Below are positions 12,574-27,526 of a stretch of 64,000 bases of DNA, one piece after another. The stretch lies in NCBI RefSeq assembly GCF_009914755.1, contig NC_060925.1. One strand, given 5' to 3'. Each line of letters opens with the position of its first letter. Within the stretch, counting starts at the first letter, position 1. The notes beneath the pieces were generated by a model. It saw nothing but the letters and a program-made list of their open reading frames with translations, made no database searches and had not been told where the DNA came from. A program made the position numbers and the translations under genes. This DNA is from the human T2T-CHM13v2.0 reference genome, Homo sapiens.

Positions 12574-15288
12574 TCTAGCAGAATAGGAAGAAATCCCGTT
12601 TCCAACGAAGGCCACAAGATGTCAGAATATCCACTTGCAGACTTTACAAACAGAGTGTTTCCTAACTGCTCTATGAACAGAAAGGTTAAACACTGTGAGT
12701 TGAACGAACACATCACAACGCAGTTTGTGGGAATGATTCTGTCTAGTTTTGAAACGAAGATATTTCCTTTTCTGCCGTTGACCTTAAAGCGCTTGAAATC
12801 TACACTTGCAAATTGCACAAATAGAGTGTTTCAAATCTGTTCTGTCTAAGGGAACGTTCAACTCTGTGAGTTGAATGCACACAACACAAGGAAGTTACTG
12901 GGAATTCTTCTGTCTAGCCTTACATGAAAAAACCCGTTTCCAACGAAGGCCTCTAAGTGGTCAAAATATCCACGTGCAGACTTTACAAACAGAGTGTTTC
13001 CAAACCGCTGAATGAAAAGAAAAGTTGAACTCTGAGAGTTGAACGCACACATCACGCAGCAGTTTCTGAGAATGATTCTGTCTAGTTTTTATACGAAGAT
13101 ATTTCCTTTTCTGCCTTTGGCCCCAAAGCGCTTGAAATCTCCACTTGCAAATTCCACAAAAACAGTGTTTCAAATCTGCTCTCTCTAAATGAAAGTTCAA
13201 CTCTGTCAGTTGAATACACACAACACAAGGAAGTTACTGAGAATTCTTCTGTCTAGCATAATATGAAGAAATCCCGTTTCCAACGAAGGCCTCAAAGGGG
13301 TCTGAATATCCACTTGCAGACTTTATAAACAGAGTGTTTACTAACTGCTCTATGAAAAGAAAGGTTAAACTCTGTGAGTTGAACACACACATCACAAAGG
13401 AGTTTCTGAGAATCATTCTGTCTAGTTTTTCTACGAAGATATTTCCTTTTCTACTATTGACCTCAAAGCGGCTGAAATCTCCACTTGCAAATTCCACAAA
13501 AAGAGTGTTTCAAGTCTGCTCTGTGTAAAGGATCGTTCAACTCTGTGAGTTGAATACACACAACACAAGGAAGTTACTGAGAATTCTTCTGTCTAGCAGA
13601 AGAGGAAGAAATCCCGTTTCCAACGAAGGCCTCAAAGAGGTCTGAATATCCACTTGCAGACTTTACAAACAGAGTGTTTCCTAACTGCTCTATGAAAAGA
13701 AAAGTTAAACTCTGTGAGTTGAACGCACACATCACAAAGGAGTTTCTGAGAATCGTTCTGTCTAGTTTCTATAGGAAGATATTTCCTATTCTACCATTGA
13801 CCTCAAAGCGGCTGAAATCTCCACTTGCAAATTCCACAAAAAGAATGTTTCAAGTCTGCTCTGTGTAAAGGATCGTTCAACTCTGTGAGTTGAATACACA
13901 CAACACAAGGAAGTTACTGAGAATTATTCTGTCTAGCATAATATGAAGAAATCCCGTTTCCAACGAAGGCCCCAAAGAGGTCTGAATATCCACTTGCAGA
14001 CTTTACAGAGTGTTTCCAAACTGCTCTATGAAAAGAAAAGTTAAACTCTGTGAGTTGAACGCACACATCACAAAGGAGTTTCTGAGAATCATTCTGTCTA
14101 GTCTTTATACGAAGATATTTCCTTTTCTACCATTGACCTCAAAGCGGCTGAAATCTCCACTTTCAAATTCCACAAAAAGAGTGTTTCAAGTCTGCTCTGT
14201 GTAAAGGATCGTTCAACTCTGTGAGTAGAATACACACAACACAAGGAAGTTACTGAGAATTCTTCTGTCTAGCAGAATATGAAGAAATCCCGTTTCCAAC
14301 GAAGGCCTCAAGGAGGTCTGAATATCCACTTGCAGACTTTACAAACAGAGTGTTTCCTAACTGCTCTATGAACAGAAAGGTTAAACTCTGTGAGTTGAAC
14401 GCACACATCACAAAGGACTTTCTGAGAATCATTCTGTCTAGTCTTTATACGAAGATATTTACTTTTCTACCATTGACCTCAAAGCGGCTGAAATCTCCAC
14501 TTGCAAATTCCACAAAAAGAGTGTTTCAAGTCTGCTCTGTGTAAAGGATCATTCAACTCTGTGAGTTGAATAAACACAACACAAGGAAGTTACTGAGAAT
14601 TCTTCTGTCTAGCAGAATATGAAGAAATACCGTTTCCAACGAAGGCCTCAAGGAGGTCGGAGTATCCACTTGCAGACTTTACAAACAGAGTGTTTCCTAA
14701 CTGCTCTATGAAAAGAAAGGTTAAACTCTGTGAGTTGAACGCACACATCACAAAGGAGTTCATGAGAATCATTCTGTCTAGTTTCTATAAGAAGATATTT
14801 CCTATTCTACCATTGACCTCAAAGCGGCTGAAATCTCCACTTGCAAATTCGACAAAAAGAGTGTTTCAAGCCTGCTCTCTGTAAAGAATCCTTCAACTCT
14901 GTGAGTTGAATACACACAACACAAGGAAGTTACTGAGAATTATTCTGTCTAGCATAATATGAAGAAATCCCGTTTCCAACGAAGGCCTCAAAGAGGTCTG
15001 AATATCCACTTGCAGACTTTACAAACAGAGTGTTTCCTAACTGCTCTATGAGAAGAAAAGTTAAACTCTGTGAGTTGAACGCACACATCACAAAAGATTT
15101 TCTGAGAATCATTCTGTCTAGTCTTTATATGAAGATAGTTTCCTTTTCTACCATTGACCTCAAAGCGGCTGAAATCTCCACTTGCAAATTCCACAAAAAG
15201 AGTGTTTCAAGTCTGCTCTGTGTAAAGGATCGTTCAACTCTGTGAGTTGAATACACACAACACAAGGAAGTTACTGAGAATTCTTCTG
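12574..15288 (-). repeat. HOR copy 6, 16-mer with the same 4-bp deletion
   Basis: Spacing 2715 bp. Confidence 0.9.
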
Positions 15289-18007
15289 TCTAGCAGAATA
15301 GGAAGAAATCCCGTTTCCAACGAAGGCCACAAGATGTCAGAATATCCACTTACAGACTTTACAAACAGAGTGTTTCCTAACTGCTCTATGAACAGAAAGG
15401 TTAAACTCTGTGAGTTGAACGAACACATCACAACGCAGTTTGTGGGAATGATTCTGTCTAGTTTTGAAACGAAGATATTTCCTTTTCTGCCGATGACCTT
15501 AAAGCGCTTGAAATCTACACTTGCAAATTGCACAAATAGAGTGTTTCAAATCTGCTCTGTCTAAGGGAACGTTCAACTCTGTGAGTTGAATGCACACAAC
15601 ACAAGGAAGTTACTGGGAATTCTTCTGTCTAGCCTTAAATGAAAAAAACCCGTTTCCAACGAAGGCCTCTAAGTGGTCAAAATTTCCACGTGCAGACTTT
15701 ACAAACAGAGTGTTTCCAAACCGCTGAATGAAAAGAAAAGTTAAACTCTGAGAGTTGAACGCACACATCACGCAGCAGTTTCTGAGAATGATTCTGTCTA
15801 GTTTTTATACGAAGATATTTCCTTTTCTGCCTTTGGCCCCAAAGCGCTTGAAATCTCCACTTGCAAATTCCACAAAAACAGTGTTTCAAATCTGCTCTCT
15901 CTAAATGAAAGTTCAACTCTGTCAGTTGAATACACACAACACAAGGAAGTTACTGAGAATTCTTCTGTCTAGCATAATATGAAGAAATCCCGTTTCCAAC
16001 GAAGGCCTCAAAGGGGTCTGAATATCCACTTGCAGACTTTATAAACAGAGTGTTTACTAACTGCTCTATGAAAAGAAAGGTTAAACTCTGTGAGTTGAAC
16101 ACACACATCACAAAGGAGTTTCTGAGAATCATTCTGTCTAGTTTTTCTACGAAGATATTTCCTTTTCTACTATTGACCTCAAAGCGGCTGAAATCTCCAC
16201 TTGCAAATTCCACAAAAAGAGTGTTTCAAGTCTGCTCTGTGTAAAGGATCGTTCAACTCTGTGAGTTGAATACACACAACACAAGGAAGTTACTGAGAAT
16301 TATTCTGTCTAGCAGAATATGAAGAAATCCCGTTTCCAACGAAGGCCTCAAAGAGGTCTGAATATCCACTTGCAGACTTTACAAACAGAGTGTTTCCTAA
16401 CTGCTCTATGAAAAGAAAGGTTAAACTCTGTGAGTTGAACGCACACATCACAAAGGAGTTTCTGAGAATCGTTCTGTCTAGTTTCTATAGGAAGATATTT
16501 CCTATTCTACCATTGACCTCAAAGCGGCTGAAATCTCCACTTGCAAATTCCACAAAAAGAATGTTTCAAGTCTGCTCTGTGTAAACGATCATTCAACTCT
16601 GTGAGTTGAATACACACAACACAAGGAAGTTACTGAGAATTCTTCTGTCTAGCATAATATGAAGAAATCCCGTTTCCAACGAAGGCCTCAAAGAGGTCTG
16701 AATATCCACTTGCAGACTTTACAAACAGAGTGTTTCCTAACTGCTCTATGAAAAGAAAAGTTAAACTCTGTGATTTGAACGCACACATCACAAAGGAGTT
16801 TCTGAGAATCATTCTGTCTGGTCTTTATACGAAGATATTTCCTTTTCTACCATTGACCTAAAAGCGGCTGAAATCTCCACTTGCAAATTCCACAAAAAGA
16901 GTGTTTCAAGTTTGCTCAGTGTAAAGGATCGTTCAACTCTGTGAGTTGAATACACACAACACAAGGAAGTTACTGAGAATTCTTCTGTCTAGCAGAATAT
17001 GAAGAAATCCCGTTTCCAAAGAAGGCCTCAAGGAGGTCTGAATATCCACTTGCAGACTTTACAAACAGAGTGTTTCCTAACTGCTCTATGAACAGAAAGG
17101 TTAAACTCTGTGAGTTGAACGCACACATCACAAAGGAGTTTCTGAGAATCATTCTGTCTAGTCTTTATACGAAGATATTTACTTTTCTACCATTGACCTC
17201 AAAGCGGCTGAAATCTCCACTTGCAAATGCCACAAAAAGAGTGTTTCAAGTCTGCTCTGTGTAAAGGATCATTAACTCTGTGAGTTGAATAAACACAACA
17301 CAAGGAAGTTACTGAGAATTCTTCTGTCTAGCAGAATATGAAGAAATCCCGTTTCCAACGAAGGCCTCAAGGAGGTCTGAATATCCACTTGCAGACTTCA
17401 CAAAGAGAGTGTTTCCTAACTGCTCTATGAAAAGAAAGGTTAAACTCTGTGAGTTGAACGCACACATCACAAAGGAGTTTATGAGAATCATTCTGTCTAG
17501 TTTCTATAAGAAGATATTTCCTATTCTACCATTGACCTCAAAGCGGCTGAAATCTCCACTTGCAAATTCGACAAAAAGAGTTTTTCAAGCCTGCTCTCTG
17601 TAAAGGATCCTTCAACTCTGTGAGTTGAATACACACAACACAAGGAAGTTACTGAGAATTCTTCTGTCTAGCATAATATGAAGAAATCCCGTTTCCAACG
17701 AAGGCCTCAAAGAGGTCTGAATATCCACTTGCACACTTTACAAACAGAGTGTTTCCTAACTGCTCTATCAGAAGAAAAGTTAAACTCTGTGAGTTGAACG
17801 CACACATCACAAAAGATTTTCTGAGAATCATTCTGTCTAGTCTTTATATGAAGATAGTTTCCTTTTCTACCATTGACCTCAAAGCGGCTGAAATCTCCAC
17901 TTGCAAATTCCACAAAAAGAGTGTTTCAAGTCTGCTCTGTGTAAAGGATCGTTCAACTCTGTGAGTTGAATACACACAACACAAGGAAGTTACTGAGAAT
18001 TCTTCTG
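15289..18007 (-). repeat. HOR copy 7, 16-mer
   Basis: Spacing 2719 bp; 1-bp deletion near 17273. Confidence 0.9.
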
Positions 18008-20727
18008 TCTAGCAGAATAGGAAGAAATCCCGTTTCCAACGAAGGCCACAAGATGTCAGAATATCCACTTACAGACTTTACAAACAGAGTGTTTCCTAAC
18101 TGCTCTATGAACAGAAAGGTTAAACTCTGTGAGTTGAACGAACACATCACAACGCAGTTTGTGGGAATGATTCTGTCTAGTTTTGAAACGAAGATATTTC
18201 CTTTTCTGCCATTGACCTTAAAGCGCTTGAAATCTACACTTGCAAATTGCACAAATAGAGTGTTTCAAATCTGCTCTGTCTAAGGGAACGTTCAACTCTG
18301 TGAGTTGAATGCACACAACACAAGGAAGTTACTGGGAATTCTTCTGTCTAGCCTTACATGAAAAAAACCCGTTTCCAACGAAGGCCTCTAAGTGGTCAAA
18401 ATTTCCACGTGCAGACTTTACAAACAGAGTGTTTCCAAACCGCTGAATGAAAAGAAAAGTTAAACTCTGAGAGTTGAACGCACACATCACGCAGCAGTTT
18501 CTGAGAATGATTCTGTCTAGTTTTTATACGAAGATATTTCCTTTTCTGCCTTTGGCCCCAAAGCGCTTGAAATCTCCACTTGCAAATTCCACAAAAACAG
18601 TGTTTCAAATCTTCTCTCTCTAAATGATAGTTCAACTCTGTCAGTTGAATACACACAACACAAGGAAGTTACTGAGAATTCTTCTGTCTAGCATAATGTG
18701 AAGAAATCCCGTTTCCAACGAAGGCCTCAAAGGGGTCTGAATATCCACTTGCAGACTTTATAAACAGAGTGTTTACTAACTGTTCTATGAAAAGAAAGGT
18801 TAAACTCTGTGAGTTGAACACACACATCACAAAGCAGTTTATGAGAATCATTCTGTCTAGTCTTTATACGAAGATGTTTCCTTTTATACCATTGACCTCA
18901 AAGCGGCTGAAATCTCCACTTGCCAATTCCACAAAAAGAGTCTTTCAAGTCTGCTCTGTGTAAAGGATTGTTCAACTCTGTGAGTTGAATACACACAACA
19001 CAAGGAAGTTACTGAGAATTCTTCTGTCTAGCAGAATATGAAGAAATCCCGTTTCCAACGAAGGCCTCAAGGAGGTCTGAATATCCACTTGCAGACTTTA
19101 CAAACAGAGTGTTTCCTAACAGCTCTATGAACAGAAAGGTTAAACTCTGTGAGTTGAACGCACACATCACAAAGGAGTTTCTGAGAATCATTCTGTCTAG
19201 TCTTTATACGAAGATATTTCCTTTTCTACCATTGACCTCAAAGCGGCTGAAATCTCCACTTGCAAATTCCACAAAAAGAGTGTTTCAAGTCTCCTCTGTG
19301 TAAAGGATCATTCAACTCTGTGAGTTGAATAAACACAACACAAGGAAGTTACTGAGAATTCTTCTGTCTAGCAGAATATGAAGAAATCCCGTTTCAAACG
19401 AAGGCCTCAAGGAGGTCTGAATATCCACTTGCAGACTTTACAAACAGAGTGTTTCCTAACTGCTCTATGAAAAGAAAGGTTAAACTCTGTGAGTTGAACG
19501 CACACATCACAAAGGAGTTTATGAGAATCATTCTCTCTAGTTTCTATAAGAAGATATTTCCTATTCTACCATTGACCTCAAAGCGGCTGAAATCTCCACT
19601 TGCAAATTCGACAAAAAGAGTGTTTCAAGTCTGCTCTGTGTAAAGGATCGTTCAACTCTGTGAGTTGAATACACACAACACAAGGAAGTTACTGAGAATT
19701 CTTCTGTCTAGCAGAATATGAAGAAATCCCGTTTCCAACGAAGGCCTCAAGGAGGTCTGAATATCCACTTGCAGACTTTACAAACAGAGTGTTTCCTAAC
19801 TGCTCTATGAACAGAAAGGTTAAACTCTGTGAGTTGAACGCACACATCACAAAGGAGTTTCTGAGAATCATTCTGTCTAGTCTTTATACGAAGATATTTA
19901 CTTTTCTACCATTGACTTCAAAGCGGCTGAAATCTCCACTTGCAAATTCCACAAAAAGAGTGTTTCAAGTCTGCTCTGTGTAAAGGATCATTCAACTCTG
20001 TGAGTTGAATAAACACAACACAAGGAAGTTACTGAGAATTCTTCTGTCTAGCAGAATATGAAGAAATCCCGTTTCCAACGAAGGCCTCAAGGAGGTCTGA
20101 ATATCCACTTGCAGACTTTACAAACAGAGTGTTTCCTAACTGCTCTATGAAAAGAAAGGTTAAACTCTGTGAGTTGAACGCACACATCACAAAGGAGTTT
20201 ATGAGAATCATTCTGTCTAGTTTCTATAAGAAGATATTTCCTATTCTACCATTGACCTCAAAGCGGCTGAAATCTCCACTTGCAAATTCCACAAAAAGAG
20301 TGTTTCAAGCCTGCTCTCTGTAAAGGATCGTTCAACTCTGTGAGTTGAATACACACAACACAAGGAAGTTACTGAGAATTATTCTGTCTAGCATAATATG
20401 AAGAAATCCCGTTTCCAACGAAGGCCTCAAAGAGGTCTGAATATCCACTTGCAGACTTTACAAACAGAGTGTTTCCTAACTGCTCTATGAGAAGAAAAGT
20501 TAAACTCTGTGAGTTGAACGCACACATCACAAAAGATTTTCTGAGAATCATTCTGTCTAGTCTTTATATGAAGATAGTTTCCTTTTCTACCATTGACCTC
20601 AAAGCGGCTGAAATCTCCACTTGCAAATTCCACAAAAAGAGTGTTTCAAGTCTGCTCTGTGTAAAGGATCGTTCAACTCTGTGAGTTGAATACACACAAC
20701 ACAAGGAAGTTACTGAGAATTCTTCTG
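18008..20727 (-). repeat. HOR copy 8, non-canonical 16-mer (A B C/E F G F G H)
   Basis: Spacing 2720 bp, but it lacks the D markers and has F-G twice. Confidence 0.8.
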
Positions 20728-23106
20728 TCTAGCAGAATATGAAGAAATCCCGTTTCCAACGAAGGCCACAAGATGTCAGAATATCCACTTGCAGACTTTA
20801 CAAACAGAGTGTTTCCTAACTGCTCTATGAACAGAAAGGTTAAACTCTGTGAGTTGAACGAACACATCACAACGCAGTTTGTGGGAATGATTCTGTCTAG
20901 TTTTGAAACGAAGATATTTCCTTTTCTGCCGTTGACCTTAAAGCGCTTGAAATCTACACTTGCAAATTGCACAAATAGAGTGTTTCAAATCTGCTCTGTC
21001 TAAGGGAACGTTCAACTCTGTGAGTTGAATGCACACAACACAAGGAAGTTACTGGGAATTCTTCTGTCTAGCCTTACATGAAAAAACCCGTTTCCAACGA
21101 AGGCCTCTAAGTGGTCAAAATATCCACGTGCAGACTTTACAAACAGAGTGTTTCCAAACCGCTGAATGAAAAGAAAAGTTGAACTCTGAGAGTTGAACGC
21201 ACACATCACGCAGCAGTTTCTGAGAATGATTCTGTCTAGTTTTTATACGAAGATATTTCCTTTTCTGCCTTTGGCCCCAAAGCGCTTGAAATCTCCACTT
21301 GCAAATTCCACAAAAACAGTGTTTCAAATCTGCTCTCTCTAAATGAAAGTTCAACTCTGTCAGTTGAATACACACAACACAAGGAAGTTACTGAGAATTC
21401 TTCTGTCTAGCATAATATGAAGAAATCCCGTTTCCAACGAAGGCCTCAAAGGGGTCTGAATATCCACTTGCAGACTTTATAAACAGAGTGTTTACTAACT
21501 GCTCTATGAAAAGAAAGGTTAAACTCTGTGAGTTGAACACACACATCACAAAGGAGTTTCTGAGAATCATTCTGTCTAGTTTTTCTACGAAGATATTTCC
21601 TTTTCTACTATTGACCTGAAAGCGGCTGAAATCTCCACTTGCAAATTCCACAAAAAGAGTGTTTCAAGTCTGCTCTGTGTAAAGGATCGTTCAACTCTGT
21701 GAGTTGAATACACACAACACAAGGAAGTTACTGAGAATTCTTCTGTCTAGCAGAATATGAAGAAATCCCGTTTCCAACGAAGGCCTCAAAGAGGTCTGAA
21801 TATCCACTTGCAGACTTTACAAACAGAGTGTTTCCTAACTGCTCTATGAAAAGAAAAGTTAAACTCTGTGAGTTGAACGCACACATCACAAAGGAGTTTC
21901 TGAGAATCGTTCTGTCTAGTTTCTATAGGAAGATATTTCCTATTCTACCATTGACCTCAAAGCGGCTGAAATCTCCACTTGCAAATTCCACAAAAAGAAT
22001 GTTTCAAGTCTGCTCTGTGTAAAGGATCGTTCAACTCTGTGAGTTGAATACACACAACACAAGGAAGTTACTGAGAATTATTCTGTCTAGCATAATATGA
22101 AGAAATCCCGTTTCCAAAGAAGGCCTCAAAGAGGTCTGAATATCCACTTGCAGACTTTACAAACAGAGTGTTTCCTAACTGCTCTATGAAAAGAAAAGTT
22201 AAACTCTTTGAGTTGAACGCACACATCACAAAGGAGTTTCTGAGAATCATTCTGTCTAGTCTTTATACGAAGATATTTCCTTTTCTACCATTGACCTCAA
22301 AGCGGCTGAAATCTCCACTTGCAAATTCCACAAAAAGAGTGTTTCAAGTCTGCTCTGTGTAAAGGATCGTTCAACTCTGTGAGTTGAATACACACAACAC
22401 AAGGAAGTTACTGAGAATTCTTCTGTCTAGCAGAATATGAAGAAATCCCGTTTCCAACGAAGGCCTCAAGGAGGTCTGAATATCCACTTGCAGACTTTAC
22501 AAACAGAGTGTTTCCTAACTGCTCTATGAACAGAAAGGTTAAACTCTGTGAGTTGAACGCACACATCACAAAGGACTTTCTGAGAATCATTCTGTCTAGT
22601 CTTTATACGAAGATATTTACTTTTCTACCATTGACCTCAAAGCGGCTGAAATCTCCACTTGCAAATTCCACAAAAAGAGTGTTTCAAGTCTGCTCTGTGT
22701 AAAGGATCATTCAACTCTGTGAGTTGAATAAACACAACACAAGGAAGTTACTGAGAATTCTTCTGTCTAGCAGAATATGAAGAAATCCCGTTTCCAACGA
22801 AGGCCTCAAGGAGGTCTGAATATCCACTTGCACACTTTACAAACAGAGTGTTTCCTAACTGCTCTATGAGAAGAAAAGTTAAACTCTGTGAGTTGAACGC
22901 ACACATCACAAAAGATTTTCTGAGAATCATTCTGTCTAGTCTTTATATGAAGATAGTTTCCTTTTCTACCATTGACCTCAAAGCGGCTGAAATCTCCACT
23001 TGCAAATTCCACAAAAAGAGTGTTTCAAGTCTGCTCTGTGTAAAGGATCGTTCAACTCTGTGAGTTGAATACACACAACACAAGGAAGTTACTGAGAATT
23101 CTTCTG
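20728..23106 (-). repeat. HOR copy 9, 14-mer (A B C D E F G/H)
   Basis: Spacing 2379 bp. Confidence 0.88.
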
Positions 23107-25826
23107 TCTAGCAGAATATGAAGAAATCCCGTTTCCAACGAAGGCCACAAGATGTCAGAATATCCACTTACAGACTTTACAAACAGAGTGTTTCCTAACT
23201 GCTCTATGAACAGAAAGGTTAAACTCTGTGAGTTGAACGAACACATCACAACGCAGTTTGTGGGAATGATTCTGTCTAGTTTTGAAACGAAGATATTTCC
23301 TTTTCTGCCGTTGACCTTAAAGCGCTTGAAATCTACACTTGCAAATTGCACAAATAGAGTGTTTCAAATCTGCTCTGTCTAAGGGAACGTTCAACTCTGT
23401 GAGTTGAATGCACACAACACAAGGAAGTTACTGGGAATTCTTCTGTCTAGCCTTACATGAAAAAAACCCGTTTCCAACGAAGGCCTCTAAGTGGTCAAAA
23501 TTTCCACGTGCAGACTTTACAAACAGAGTGTTTCCAAACCGCTGAATGAAAAGAAAAGTTAAACTCTGAGAGTTGAACGCACACATCACGCAGCAGTTTC
23601 TGAGAATGATTCTGTCTAGTTTTTATACGAAGATATTTCCTTTTCTGCCTTTGGCCCCAAAGCGCTTGAAATCTCCACTTGCAAATTCCACAAAAACAGT
23701 GTTTCAAATCTGCTCTCTCTAAACGAAAGTTCAACTCTGTCAGTTGAATACACACAACACAAGGAAGTTACTGAGAATTCTTCTGTCTAGCAAAATATGA
23801 AGAAATCCCGTTTCCAACGAAGGCCTCAAAGGGGTCTGAATATCCACTTGCAGACTTTATAAACAGAGTGTTTACTAACTGCTCTATGAAAAGAAAGGTT
23901 AAACTCTGTGAGTTGAACACACACATCACAAAGGAGTTTCTGAGAATCATTCTGTCTAGTTTTTCTACGAAGATATTTCCTTTTCTACTATTGACCTCAA
24001 AGCGGCTGAAATCTCCACTTGCAAATTCCACAAAAAGAGTGTTTCAAGTCTGCTCTGTGTAAAGGATCGTTCAACTCTGTGAGTTGAATACACACAACAC
24101 AAGGAAGTTACTGAGAATTATTCTGTCTAGCAGAATATGAAGAAATCCCGTTTCCAACGAAGGCCTCAAAGAGGTCTGAATATCCACTTGCAGACTTTAC
24201 AAACAGAGTGTTTCCTAACTGCTCTATGAAAAGAAAGGTTAAACTCTGTGAGTTGAACGCACACATCACAAAGGAGTTTCTGAGAATCGTTCTGTCTAGT
24301 TTCTATAGGAAGATATTTCCTATTCTACCATTGACCTCAAAGCGGCTGAAATCTCCACTTGCAAATTCCACAAAAAGAATGTTTCAAGTCTGCTCTGTGT
24401 AAACGATCGTTCAACTCTGTGAGTTGAATACACACAACACAAGGAAGTTACTGAGAATTCTTCTGTCTAGCATAATATGTAGAAATCCCGTTTCCAACGA
24501 AGGCCTCAAAGAGGTCTGAATATCCACTTGCAGACTTTACAAACAGAGTGTTTCCTAACTGCTCTATGAAAAGAAAAGTTAAACTCTTTGAGTTGAACGC
24601 ACACATCACAAAGGAGTTTCTGAGAATCATTCTGTCTAGTCTTTATACGAAGATATTTCCTTTTCTACCATTGACCTCAAAGCGGCTGAAATCTCCACTT
24701 GCAAATTCCACAAAAAGAGTGTTTCAAGTCTGCTCTGTGTAAAGGATCGTTCAACTCTGTGAGTTGAATACACACAACACAAGGAAGTTACTGAGAATTC
24801 TTCTGTCTAGCAGAATATGAAGAAATCCCGTTTCCAACGAAGGCCTCAAGGAGGTCTGAATATCCACTTGCAGACTTTACAAACAGAGTGTTTCCTAACT
24901 GCTCTATGAACAGAAAGGTTAAACTCTGTGAGTTGAACGCACACATCACAAAGGACTTTCTGAGAATCATTCTGTCTAGTCTTTATACGAAGATATTTAC
25001 TTTTCTACCATTGACCTCAAAGCGGCTGAAATCTCCACTTGCAAATTCCACAAAAAGAGTGTTTCAAGTCTGCTCTGTGTAAAGGATCATTCAACTCTGT
25101 GAGTTGAATAAACACAACACAAGGAAGTTACTGAGAATTCTTCTGTCTAGCAGAATATGAAGAAATCCCGTTTCCAACGAAGGCCTCAAGGAGGTCTGAA
25201 TATCCACTTGCAGACTTTACAAACAGAGTGTTTCCTAACTGCTCTATGAACAGAAAGGTTAAACTCTGTGAGTTGAACGCACACATCAGAAAGGAGTTCA
25301 TGAGAATCATTTTGTCTAGGTTCTATAAGAAGATATTTCCTATTCTACCATTGACCTCAAAGCGGCTGAAATCTCCACTTGCAAATTCGACAAAAAGAGT
25401 GTTTCAAGCCTGCTCTCTGTAAGGGATCCTTCAACTCTGTGAGTTGAATACACACAACACAAGGAAGTTACTGAGAATTATTCTGTCTAGCATAATATGA
25501 AGAAATCCCGTTTCCAACGAAGGCCTCAAAGAGGTCTGAATATCCACTTGCACACTTTACAAACAGAGTGTTTCCTAACTGCTCTATGAGAAGAAAAGTT
25601 AAACTCTGTGAGTTGAACGCACACATCACAAAAGATTTTCTGAGAATCATTCTGTCTAGTCTTTATATGAAGATAGTTTCCTTTTCTACCATTGACCTCA
25701 AAGCGGCTGAAATCTCCACTTGCAAATTCCACAAAAAGAGTGTTTCAAGTCTGCTCTGTGTAAAGGATCGTTCAACTCTGTGAGTTGAATACACACAACA
25801 CAAGGAAGTTACTGAGAATTCTTCTG
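23107..25826 (-). repeat. HOR copy 10, canonical 16-mer
   Basis: Spacing 2720 bp. Confidence 0.9.
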
Positions 25827-27526
25827 TCTAGCAGAATATGAAGAAATCCCGTTTCCAACGAAGGCCACAAGATGTCAGAATATCCACTTACAGACTTTAC
25901 AAACAGAGTGTTTCCTAACTGCTCTATGAACAGAAAGGTTAAACTCTGTGAGTTGAACGAACACATCACAACGCAGTTTGTGGGAATGATTCTGTCTAGT
26001 TTTGAAACGAAGATATTTCCTTTTCTGCCGTTGACCTTAAAGCGCTTGAAATCTACACTTGCAAATTGCACAAATAGAGTGTTTCAAATCTGCTCTGTCT
26101 AAGGGAACGTTCAACTCTGTGAGTTGAATGCACACAACACAAGGAAGTTACTGGGAATTCTTCTGTCTAGCCTTATATGAAAAAAACCCGTTTCCAACGA
26201 AGGCCTCTAAGTGGTCAAAATTTCCACGTGCAGACTTTACAAACAGAGTGTTTCCAAACCGCTGAATGAAAAGAAAAGTTAAACTCTGAGAGTTGAACGC
26301 ACACATCACGCAGCAGTTTCTGAGAATGATTCTGTCTAGTTTTTATACGAAGATATTTCCTTTTCTGCCTTTGGCCCCAAAGCGCTTGAAATCTCCACTT
26401 GCAAATTCCACAAAAACAGTGTTTCAAATCTGCTCTCTCTAAATGAAAGTTCAACTCTGTCAGTTGAATACACACAACACAAGGAAGTTACTGAGAATTC
26501 TTCTGTCTAGCATAATATGAAGAAATCCCGTTTCCAACGAAGGCCTCAAAGGGGTCTGAATATCCACTTGCAGACTTTATAAACAGAGTGTTTACTAACT
26601 GCTCTATGAAAAGAAAGGTTAAACTCTGTGAGTTGAACACACACATCACAAAGGAGTTTCTGAGAATCATTCTGTCTAGTTTTTCTACGAAGATATTTCC
26701 TTTTCTACTATTGACCTCAAAGCGGCTGAAATCTCCACTTGCAAATTCCACAAAAAGAGTGTTTCAAGTCTGCTCTGTGTAAAGGATCGTTCAACTCTGT
26801 GAGTTGAATACACACAACACAAGGAAGTTACTGAGAATTCTTCTGTCTAGCAGAATATGAAGAAATCCCGTTTCCAACGAAGGCCTCAAAGAGGTCTGAA
26901 TATTCACTTGCAGACTTTACAAACAGAGTGTTTCCTAACTGCTCTATGAAAAGAAAGGTTAAACTCTGTGAGTTGAACGCACACATCACAAAGGAGTTTC
27001 TGAGAATCGTTCTGTCTAGTTTCTATAGGAAGATGTTTCCTATTCTACCATTGACCTCAAAGCGGCTGAAATCTCCACTTGCAAATTCCACAAAAAGAAT
27101 GTTTCAAGTCTGCTCTGTGTAAACGATCGTTCAACTCTGTGAGTTGAATACACACAACACAAGGAAGTTACTGAGAATTCTTCTGTCTAGCATAATATGA
27201 AGAAATCCCGTTTCCAACGAAGGCCTCAAAGAGGTCTGAATATCCACTTGCAGACTTTACAAACAGAGTGTTTCCTAACTGCTCTATGAAAAGAAAAGTT
27301 AAACTCTGTGAGTTGAACGCACACATCACAAAAGATTTTCTGAGAATCATTCTGTCTAGTCTTTATATGAAGATAGTTTCCTTTTCTACCATTGACCTCA
27401 AAGCGGCTGAAATCTCCACTTGCAAATTCCACAAAAAGAGTGTTTCAAGTCTGCTCTGTGTAAAGGATCGTTCAACTCTGTGAGTTGAATACACACAACA
27501 CAAGGAAGTTACTGAGAATTCTTCTG
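25827..27526 (-). repeat. HOR copy 11, 10-mer (A B C D E/H)
   Basis: Spacing 1700 bp. Confidence 0.88.
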
